A stretch of DNA of 64,000 nucleotides from assembly GCA_964019425.1 (NCBI GenBank), contig OZ025785.1, positions 1,364,001 to 1,428,000 of the forward strand. Reading direction: 5' to 3'. Each line of letters begins with the position of its first letter. Positions within the stretch are counted from its first letter, which is position 1. The notes beneath the pieces were generated by a model, which saw only the letters and a program-made list of their open reading frames with translations, was not told the origin of the DNA and ran no database searches. This stretch comes from Flectonema sp. DT1601. Taxonomy: Eukaryota. Below are positions 1 through 9,366 of the stretch, in pieces. The position numbers and the translations under genes are program-made.

Positions 1-984
1 CAGGGACAGTGCGGTTCTTGCTGGTCGTTCTCCACCACGGGAGTGACTGAGTGCGCGTGGGCAATCGCCGGAAACAAACTGCAGAGCCTGTCAGAGCAAA
101 AGCTAGTGAGCTGCGACACAAAGTGCGATGGCTGCAATGGAGGATGGCCGTACCAGGCGATCCAGTGGACTGCTGAAAACGGAGCGGACACCGAGGCGTC
201 GTACCCATACGTATCTGGCAACGGTAACGTGCCTGGGTGCCACGCAGGGAGTCCAGCGGATGTGAAGGTGACTGGATACTACAGCGTGAACAGAACAGAG
301 GAGGCGATGGCCGCAACTGTCGCAAAGTACGGACCCATCTCAATTGCTCTCGACGCGATGACTCAGATCTGGTGGCCATACACGGGAGGTATCGTCAGCA
401 ACTGTTGCAACAAGCAAGCTGACCACGCTGTTCTTATTGTCGGGTACGGTATCGACAAGGGTCAGAAGTACTGGTTGATTAAGAACTCGTGGAACGCAAA
501 CTGGGGAGAGAATGGATACATCAGACTGGAGAGAGGAAGTGACCAGTGTGGTATTACCTCTGCTCCAGTCCAAGCGCTTGTCCAGGGAGGTGTCACTCCA
601 CCACCAAGACCGCCACCTTCGACCGCATGCCCTCCGGAGACCACCACGACCGTTGTCGGAAACACTCACACATGCACCTGGACCAACAACACTAAGGGAG
701 TGAAACTTCCACCTGGTACATCACAGCTCCATGAGTACTGTGACTACTTCTCAAAGGGAGGATACTTTGGGTACTCGTGGAGTGTTGCAAGTGCCAGTCA
801 CTTCGACTATCCTTGTCCTCCACACTCCCGCTTCGGGACCGCCACCGGTAACGTCGGATTCTGCACCTTTCAAAACGGATCTGACCCAACTACTGGCGTC
901 TATGTGCCGACTGGTGGAACTGTCGACTGCAGCAAGTTGGCCCAGGGAACTTTTTCCTACAGCTTCACTGCCGATAAGTTTTAG
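1..984 (+). CDS. Papain-family (C1A) cathepsin L-like cysteine protease, 5'-truncated by the window edge, with a Cys-rich C-terminal extension
   Basis: Frame 1 reads QGQCGSCWSFS from base 1 (catalytic Cys), then SLSEQKLVSCD, GCNGG, DHAVLIVGYG (His) and YWLIKNSW (Asn). A Pro/Thr linker precedes a ~120 aa extension. Confidence 0.95.
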   Translation, partial: QGQCGSCWSFSTTGVTECAWAIAGNKLQSLSEQKLVSCDTKCDGCNGGWPYQAIQWTAENGADTEASYPYVSGNGNVPGCHAGSPADVKVTGYYSVNRTEEAMAATVAKYGPISIALDAMTQIWWPYTGGIVSNCCNKQADHAVLIVGYGIDKGQKYWLIKNSWNANWGENGYIRLERGSDQCGITSAPVQALVQGGVTPPPRPPPSTACPPETTTTVVGNTHTCTWTNNTKGVKLPPGTSQLHEYCDYFSKGGYFGYSWSVASASHFDYPCPPHSRFGTATGNVGFCTFQNGSDPTTGVYVPTGGTVDCSKLAQGTFSYSFTADKF

Positions 985-2008
985 TGCCTTTTATTTCAGG
1001 TGATTAATTCGCAGCGTCGAGTTTGACTCTTTACTCAGCAAAGTGGGTTAAGTAGTAAATATGTTTTCATGTAAGTAATTTATAGTTTTCAGTGAGGAGG
1101 TGGGGAGCCCGCCTTCTCACTGTTTGCTCTAATTTGTTTCTGTTTTGACGTTTTCCCTTTATTTATGTTTTTTTCTCTCTCTCTATTCTTTCTATTAGCA
1201 AGACAACTTTCCTGCGAAGAAAAGGGACCCGTTAGCAATGAGAAATCTTTCATACTTCAACAAAAGTAATGATTTCATTGTTGTGATCGTTATTCCGGCT
1301 TCGTTGCCAGATGTTCACGTGTGTATTTATTGTTCGTTGTTAGAACTTATGTGTTGCAGTTGGCAGCGTGCTGAGCATGTCAGCTAGTTTTGTGATGCGG
1401 GTGTTGTTTGTGTCTTCCTCTGCGGCGACAAACTCAGTCACTCCATCTCGAAAGAGATAAGTGATTTATACATACGCCACAGGGTGGGACAATCGATGTG
1501 TTTGTTTGTTTGTTTGCTTCCTCATTATGAGCTGAACCACATATATGGCAAAGTATGATTGCCTTATTCCCTTTTACACTCACAGTGTCTAAGTGATTCC
1601 TTGAGCTGGGATATATTCTTTATCCGATATACTCATCTGATTGGGGGCATCGTCTCCCAGCTGATGTGTATTTGCTCTGTTTGTTTCTGACTCTTTGAAG
1701 TCAACTCCCTCTCTTATCTCTCGTCTTTCTAAGCGGTAATGGAAGCTTTAATGGATTGATTTTGATAGCATTTGGTATATTATGGTGTTTGGAAATTCCC
1801 ATTTGCTGTAATTATAACACTGGCTATAACGTAATCCGCATGAGTTTTTTTTTTTTTAAAAAGAATGTAACATTTCATGATACTCTTGTCCTTGCCTTAC
1901 CCCGCTACTACACTTGTTTCTCTGATTCAGTTTTGACTGTGTCATTTTATTTATATAACTTATTACGTTATTTACTGTTAATTTGTTTTTTTAGGTACGA
2001 CAGTATTA

Positions 2009-2500
2009 ATGTCTGTATTGTCAGGTGGTGTGTTGCCTGACTTGACAGAACAAGAATTGAGAATGGAGAGAGATAAGATAAAACACAATCTGTATGAAAC
2101 ATACGGTGATCGTATTCAACTTTTGATGGATGAAGAAATGTCAAAACAACAACAAATAACATCCGCAGATAGAGAACCAGACTTCTCATGCAAGCCATTC
2201 TATGTCAGTGCAACTTATAAACAGCTTAGAGCATTGCAACAGGAATCAATTGAAAAACTGAAGACTAATATTATTGAAGGAGGACTAACTGCAAGGCAAG
2301 CAGAAGTATGTCGAAATCTATCCTTTTTATGAATTTTTTTATTTAATTGTCTAGTTACAGTTAGTAGTAATATTTTATTACAGGATCAGCTTAACCTTTT
2401 GTTGGGTCTTCAACGATCGATATCACCTCCTGCTAATGATCATTACCAAGAAGACCATTTCATAAGAGAGGAACCAGAATCACCTTCAAATTTAACTTAA
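2009..2500 (+). CDS. Hypothetical 137 aa protein, two exons (2009-2305, 2384-2500)
   Basis: Removing the GTATGT..TACAG intron at 2306-2383 joins ...RQAE to DQLNLLLG...LT* in frame. A U-rich AG acceptor lies ~15 nt upstream of the ATG. Confidence 0.7.
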
Positions 2501-2725
2501 AAGTCATTCATTTATTACATTTACATTTATTACGAGACTTCACTTCTGTTATGTCATTTTATACCAATTTACGTAACATGTTGGTGTGGTTTTCTTTTTA
2601 TGATTTTATTTCATATTTCCCTTCTTCTAGGTTATTCAATAATCATTAGTGTACAATGGGAATCTTTCTGTGTGTATAGATGCTCTACAGTTACTGACAT
2701 GTTTCTCGTTATCTTCAATCATTAC

Positions 2726-2804
2726 GTGATGACAAAAACTAATAATTTGGCAATTTGCGTGTGAACTTCTTGTTTTGATCAGAATAATTAGAAGACGAGA
2801 CTGA
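2726..2804 (+). ncRNA. Box C/D snoRNA-A (first copy), dual guide: SSU site equivalent to yeast Am436 and LSU site equivalent to yeast Gm2288
   Basis: GTGATGA...CTGA, 79 nt. TAATTAGAAGACGAG before box D complements LSU CUCGUCUUCUAAUUA. GGCAATTTGCG before a GTGA D' box complements SSU CGCAAAUUGCC. The +5 rule lands on the nucleotides guided by snR75 and snR87 in yeast (recalled numbering). Confidence 0.9.
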
Positions 2805-2879
2805 CACACTTCTATCTTTTCCTCTCGGTCGTTGTTGTTTCTGTTGCTGTTGCATTCCCCTTCTGCATCTTAATATCTC

Positions 2880-2969
2880 GTGATGACAATGACACATTAG
2901 TGTAGTGCGCATCTGACCGTTGGAATTCTATTCCTCGGGATGGGAATACAACTGACTCGCTCTTGCTGA
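2880..2969 (+). ncRNA. Box C/D snoRNA-B (first copy); D' guide to the SSU GCGCACUACAC region
   Basis: GTGATGA at 2880, D' CTGA at 2913-2916 preceded by CATTAGTGTAGTGCGC (complement GCGCACUACACUAAUG). Internal TATTCC/GGAATA hairpin. Candidate D boxes at 2952-2955 and 2966-2969, so the 3' end is uncertain. Confidence 0.85.
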
Positions 2970-4299
2970 CAATACTGCTGCTTCTGTTCCTGTTCGATTC
3001 CATGATGACAAAAACTAATAATTTGGCAATTTGCGTGTGAACTTCTTGTTTTGATCAGAATAATTAGAAGACGAGACTGACACACTTCCATCTTTTTCTC
3101 TCACTCGTTGTTGTTGTTGTTGTTGCTGTTGTTGCATTCCCCTTCTTCATCTTAATATCTCGTGATGACAATGACACATTAGTGTAGTGCGCATCTGACC
3201 GTTGGAATTCTATTCCTCGGGATGGGAATACAACTGACTCGCTCTTGCTGACAATACTGCTGCTTCTGTTCCTGTTCGATTCCATGATGACAAAAACTAA
3301 TAATTTGGCAATTTGCGTGTGAACTCCTTGTTTTGATCAGAATAATTAGAAGACGAGACTGACACACTTCTCTCTTTTCCTCTCACTCTTTGTTGTTGCT
3401 GTTGCATTCCCCTTCTGCATCTTAATATCTCGTGATGACAATGACACATTAGTGTAGTGCGCATCTGACCGTTGGAATTCTATTCCTCGGGATGGGAATA
3501 CAACTGACTCGCTCTTGCTGACAATACTGCTGCATCTGTTCCTGTTCGATTCCGTGATGACAAAAACTAATAATTTGGCAATTTGCGTGTGAACTTCTTG
3601 TTTTGATCAGAATAATTAGAAGACGAGACTGACACACTTCCATCTTTTCCTCTCACTCTTTGTTGTTGCTGTTGCATTCCCCTTCTGCATCTTAATATCT
3701 CGTGATGACAATGACACATTAGTGTAGTGCGCATCTGACCGTTGGAATTCTATTCCTCGGGATGGGAATACAACTGACTCGCTCTTGCTGACAATACTGC
3801 TGCTTCTGTTCCTGTTCGATTCCATGATGACAAAAACTAATAATTTGGCAATTTGCGTGTGAACTTCTTGTTTTGATCAGAATAATTAGAAGACGAGACT
3901 GACACACTTCCATCTTTTCCTCTCACTCTTTGTTGTTGCTGTTGCATTCCCCTTCTGCATCTTGATATCTCGTGATGACAATGACACATTAGTGTAGTGT
4001 GCATCTGACCGTTGGAATTCTATTCCTCGGGATGGGAATACAACTGACTCGCTCTTGCTGACAATACTGCTGCATCTGTTCCTGTTCGATTCCATGATGA
4101 CAAAAACTAATAATTTGGCAATTTGCGTGTGAACTTCTTGTTTTGATCAGAATAATTAGAAGACGAGACTGATAAATTCTTGCATTAATGAACTTGTGTA
4201 GTTTAGTGTGTTGCAACAAGTAAAGGTGTGGGCGAATGAAACATTTTGTTGAGCATATTCATATCAAAATTCACAAGGCATAAGAAAAAAGTAAATAAA

Positions 4300-4878
4300 A
4301 TGTCTCGGATAGAACAAGCTAATGAATTACCAGTTGCCTTCCGCAAAGGATTTACTCGTAATATGAACATCATGGAAATCCAGGTAGTCGAAAAGGTTCA
4401 TAAAAGTGGAAGAAAAGACAGAAGAGTACTCCTTCTAGCTAAAATGAAAGGTATCAATGCATTATTTTTATGTACAATGGATGGTTGTATGAGAAGAGTT
4501 ATCGAGGTTGCTAATATTGAGAGTCTGACGATTATGAGTCTTGCTAAGGGAGGATCAATTTTATCGAGGAAGCACGAAGTTCCACAAGTGTTGATCAAAA
4601 ATAGCAAAGAAGATGATATTATCTTGAACTTGATTCATCACAAATACAATTCAGTAAACACGTCAATTGAGAGGGTGATCAGTACGTTTAACGTCTTATG
4701 GAAAGAGTCTAGAATGACTGCACAAACCTTACCTGTAATCGACCTTCGTGAAGACGATCTGTGTAAGTTTGACGATCTAACGGCATTGCGTGAAACTCGA
4801 CGTAAAATAACCCCAAAAGAAGTAATGAAGGACTGGATGACTCGCACAGTCCAACATGAGTTAGTTGTTGCTTACTAG
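4300..4878 (+). CDS. Hypothetical protein, possibly PH-like/myosin-TH1-like fold
   Basis: Open 192 aa frame from AAAATG at 4300 with coding-like composition. VEKVHKSGRKDRRVLLL resembles the VxKxNRxGKxxxRxLxL motif of PH-like/TH1 domains. Confidence 0.65.
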   Translation: MSRIEQANELPVAFRKGFTRNMNIMEIQVVEKVHKSGRKDRRVLLLAKMKGINALFLCTMDGCMRRVIEVANIESLTIMSLAKGGSILSRKHEVPQVLIKNSKEDDIILNLIHHKYNSVNTSIERVISTFNVLWKESRMTAQTLPVIDLREDDLCKFDDLTALRETRRKITPKEVMKDWMTRTVQHELVVAY

Positions 4879-6250
4879 ACTTATCTCTTTTAATAGAATT
4901 CGTTTCCTCTACTGTCCACAAAAAATGAAAATATGAACAAGAATTGAAAACTGCGAACAAAAAAAAAAAAAAAAAATCCAATTTTATTGTAAATGAAATT
5001 TTTTCTGAATTTGAAAAATTAGTGCATGCCGTGTGTCTCACGGTAACAATTGATATTCAAATTGCCTGCCTTTCAAGATTAAGAGAACTGAAAAGGAAAA
5101 GAGAATAAAACTAAAAAAAAAAAAAAACAACCTAACCTTGACCTTTAAGGCTTTTGATACAATAAATATCTGTCTTAATTATGACTAGTCTAAATATGAC
5201 AGCTTTTTACGTGTGGTAACCCATTCAACTTGATTGTTGTTTTGTTATTCGAGTTTGACTTTTTTTTGTATATTATTATTACATGTGTGAGTAAGAATAG
5301 TCAGGCATGAGACGTTCTAAGTCATTAGATGAAGCCTGTAGCTGCATTCAGTCCAATGTAATTATAGTTGAGAGCATCTTGTGATGTAGAATCTCCATTC
5401 ACTCACTGGATGCTTCTTTTTTTTTTTCTTTTTTTTTCTATGCTACCTTATTTATAAAAGTGATAATAAAATATTTAATTGATTCTTTGAAAGGGAATTC
5501 AATAGTTGTTGTTGGGAGGGGGGAGATGATACTTTAATTCGGTTTTTTTTTTTTTGTTTGTTTTTCTTGTTCCTTGGAATTTTATATTGCTGTTTTATTG
5601 CAGCTTTGAATGACCTTGTGACCATTTACGTAGTTGTTTTGTTTGTACCTCGCTCGCTTTAAAGAGGCCTATGTAATCAACTATTTCTATTTTACAATAT
5701 TTTTCAGGAAACCGGCTGCTTGAACACTTGCTGTTGAACAATAGATGGATGGAGATCATGGCATTTTTTTTTTTTTTCTTTCTTTTTCTTTTGTTTTCAA
5801 GCTGGTTTTTCTAAGTTTGTAAAAAAGGAGGGAAAATAAAAAAAGTTTCTCTTGGGTTTAGAATTTTTTTTTTTTTTTTACTCTTTTTTTTTCTTTTTTT
5901 CTCGATATTGTCCTTGTCTTGCTAAGAGAGCCTGCCAATTGATTCCAAAAAAAAAAAAAAAAAAACAAAGCAAACAAAGTTTTTTCCTCTAACTTCTAGT
6001 TTCTTATGTCACCCATGTAGGAAACACGGATGGATTTGAGTGAAATATTTGTGAGTATGCTTATTTTGCATCACAAATTATTTATTTTTTTTTTTGCGAT
6101 CTTGCCAGAAACATTGACAAACGCGAAAAATTGCTACATAAGTAGCCAGAAGCCTGGCTGAATGTCTTATGAAAGAAATAAGTACTGATCTGTGCAATAA
6201 CAACAGCAGGGAGGCTGGAATAATGCGACAATGGATGATATTTTGCTTTT

Positions 6251-6285
<35 letters not shown>

Positions 6286-6448
6286 GTTTGTTCTGTTTTT
6301 GCAAAGCAATGCAAGTGACCAGTAGTGAGAAAGATGTTACCCGCAATTGACAAGTTCTGTTTATAAGGAAGTTATTTATTTATTTTTTTTAAATCAGAAA
6401 ACTGTCTTCCCTGATTCAAAAAAAAAAAAAAAGGGGGAAATGGGAAAG

Positions 6449-6480
<32 letters not shown>

Positions 6481-7164
6481 CATAAGGCTTCGTTATCGCA
6501 TCGATTAGCGATATAATGCTCAGTATACACTGTGGGCTTTTTTTTTTTTAAAATATTTTTTTTATTTTTAAAAATACTTCTTCCCCTCCCTCTGTAATTA
6601 TTATTTATATAGCAAGTAATTATACACAAATGGGATCAGCAGTTAGTAGTCTTTCTCAGAGGAAATAACTTCTACCTGAGTATTGCACACTAACCCGCAA
6701 CCAATTTCTTTTTCTTTTTATATTTAACTGTTTCATTTGGAAGGAAGTTGCGATTTCATTTCCCTGATATCCTTACGACGTTTAATTACGATTATCTCTG
6801 GGGATTTATTAACCATTTATTTAGTAGAGGATTCTACAAAATAAATAAATAAATAAATAATCTTATTCAATATCCATGTCAAAAAAAAAAAAAAAAAAAA
6901 ATGCGTTGACCCAAAAAAAAAAAAAACTGTTTTTTCACATGTCGACTTCGTTTTCTTTCGTGTGCGCTCTGCTCTCTCGCTCTTCAGACGACTGCAGGAA
7001 AATGTAACGCATTTTTTGATGTTTTTTGATTTTTTTTTTTCTTTGAAATCGTTTAGCAATATTATTTTTTGAATCAGGCGTTAAATACCAGAGGAACAGT
7101 ATGAGTCAATAAAGCCTCTCTTTCGTGTGGAAGTGATAATTTAGTATTCTTGTAAAACAAAAAT

Positions 7165-8229
7165 ATGAAAGCAGTAGTTCAGTTGTCAAAATCTGCACAA
7201 GTAAAGCAAGCAGTTTTAAAAAAAATAAGATTCTCAGATGACATAAATAGAATACAAGGCAATCTGAAAACCTACCAACAACGGTTTGGTAAAAGCGACG
7301 CAGAGATACCCGCAGCAGCAGTTGAATCAAGTTTAAAGTTTGACATTGGATATGCAATACTAGTCTGTGAAGACATGCGAAATGACTATCTCACCACCGG
7401 AAACAAAGGTGTTCGTGAATGGACATCTGCAATCCAAAGATCCCACATCCAAATTATAACAAAACATTCTTTATTAGGAAACCTAAAAGGTGTTTTGTAT
7501 ACTTGGAAAAAACTTATTTCAGTCATTCCTGAAAGTCAGCTTTCATCACTAACCTTCTCCTCCTATATAAGTGCTTTAGTAGTTACCCAACACACGTCAT
7601 ATGCTCTTACGTACTATCACTCGTGTAAGAAGAGGTCTTGGAAGGTAACTCACAGCAGTACTAACGCACTTCTGCAGTTCTTTCCTCTTGAAGAAGCCTA
7701 TGATTATGTGAAAAAAATGTTTGACAGTACCTACTTAAAGAAAGATCCTGCAGCTCTAATTGGTCTGTTACGATGTGCATCAAGGAAAGGATTTATGGAA
7801 GCAAAAAAGGCGATGGTCTACGTGAAGGAGAAGTTGCAAACACCTCTGACTGGGACACATTGGAATATATTATTAGAAGCTGCTTTGCGATTTGAACCGC
7901 CTCAGGCAAACATAATCCAGACTCAACGACTTGAAAATGACGTTCCTCTTACTGCTTCAACATACGTTCTTCTCATATCAGATAATAGAAACAGCTCTGA
8001 TGCTTATGACATTTACGTGAAGGCTGTTCAAGATTTCCATAGAAATCCATTTCTCCGTGAGGCTATATTACAAGTCTTATCTAAGTCAAGAGATCCAAAG
8101 AGAGGAGAAATATCACATCAAATTATAACAACAGCGCCCTTTGTAACTCCGAAGATGATGTTGCATTACCGAAGAGCCATTTATGATGTAGCTCAAGATA
8201 TCGACTTCGATGAATATTGTGTAGTGTGA
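7165..8229 (+). CDS. Helical-repeat protein, degenerate PPR-like
   Basis: 354 aa ORF with PPR-like segments (LTFSSYISAL, STNALL, THWNILLEAA, STYVLLI) and a basic N-terminus. Confidence 0.6.
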   Translation: MKAVVQLSKSAQVKQAVLKKIRFSDDINRIQGNLKTYQQRFGKSDAEIPAAAVESSLKFDIGYAILVCEDMRNDYLTTGNKGVREWTSAIQRSHIQIITKHSLLGNLKGVLYTWKKLISVIPESQLSSLTFSSYISALVVTQHTSYALTYYHSCKKRSWKVTHSSTNALLQFFPLEEAYDYVKKMFDSTYLKKDPAALIGLLRCASRKGFMEAKKAMVYVKEKLQTPLTGTHWNILLEAALRFEPPQANIIQTQRLENDVPLTASTYVLLISDNRNSSDAYDIYVKAVQDFHRNPFLREAILQVLSKSRDPKRGEISHQIITTAPFVTPKMMLHYRRAIYDVAQDIDFDEYCVV

Positions 8230-8337
8230 GGCTATCAATTAGTTTTTAAGGCACAAATTTGTGTTTTAACTTTCTTGTAAGGGTAGTTTTCTTTTCTTTT
8301 TGGAACATATCAGATTAATTAATTATTTCTACAGGGT

Positions 8338-8979
8338 ATGGGTGCAGCATGGAGTGCTGCTATGGAGTGGTGGAATGGTCCTGATGAATGTAGAGTATTA
8401 ATACTGGGACTTGATTATGCAGGTAAGTCAACTTTGATATCTCGAATGAAGTTTGGCAAGAAGGTAGACACAACACCAACAATTGGATTTAACTTACAAA
8501 CGATAAAACACAAGTCTATCGTGTTTCAATGTTGGGACATGGGTGGACAGACATCACTACGACCAATGTGGCGATGCTATTTTGCTGATACAGATGCTAT
8601 TGTGTGGGTTCTCGACTCTGTTGACAGGGATCGTTTTGAAACTAGCAAGAAGGAATTCTATTCTCTTCTGAGTGAAGAGGAGTTAAAGTATGTAACCTTT
8701 TTTTTTTTTTTTTTTGTTGTTTTTTAAATCTAACTAAAATGCAAAATAATAATCATCAACAGACATACCCCAATGCTGATTTTGGCGAACAAGTGCGATC
8801 TCAGCTGCGCGTGCAGTGTTGACGAAGTTATAGCTGCCTGGGATCTGACTGCAATTACTGACAGAACATGGACTGTACGCCCCTGCTCAGCCAAGTCAGG
8901 AACTAATTTATTGGAATCTTTTGACTGGCTAGCGAGTGTAATAACACAACAACGTGATGAGAAGGCTCAACGATCTTAA
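8338..8979 (+). CDS. ARL1: ADP-ribosylation factor-like GTPase (ARL1-like), two exons (8338-8687, 8763-8979)
   Basis: MG myristoylation start, GLDYAGKST, WDMGGQTSLRPMWRCY, ANKCD, CSAK. The GTATGT..AACAG intron at 8688-8762 restores EELKHTPMLILANK. Confidence 0.9.
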
Positions 8980-9281
8980 ATATATTTTATATAACAATTG
9001 GAGCATAATAATATAGGGAAAAACACCAACTCTATTGAGCCACGTGTCTGTCTGGCTTATTTGAAAGCCACTGTTTAGTACCACAGTGCTTGCCTTAGTA
9101 AAGCATCACACAATGTGGAATGTATTAGTAGTTCTGGCCGTGTGTTCGTTTTCAGTTTTGATCGATTTGTGGTTGATGCATACCAACTTGTGAATTATTA
9201 TTATAGTAATTATTAATTTTTTCTTTCTAAATGAGATTATGGCAAACCCGAAAGGGAGGGATAAACTACTGATTTTGGTTG

Positions 9282-9313
<32 letters not shown>

Positions 9314-9366
9314 CGATAATGACGTTTATTTTTGTTCCAGGTCGGGTGTAGAACTAAACAACTAAA

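Larger units (their letters stand above)
2726..4172 (+). repeat. Tandem array 1 of a 270-282 bp unit encoding two box C/D snoRNAs (6 x snoRNA-A, 5 x snoRNA-B)
   Basis: C boxes (RTGATGA) of snoRNA-A start at 2726, 3002, 3284, 3554, 3824 and 4094. The array starts at a C box and ends at a D box (CTGA 4169-4172). Length variation is confined to a (GTT)n spacer. Confidence 0.95.

Noticed and set aside
6255..6280. (CT)n microsatellite
   Set aside because: Ordinary simple repeat with no further structure.
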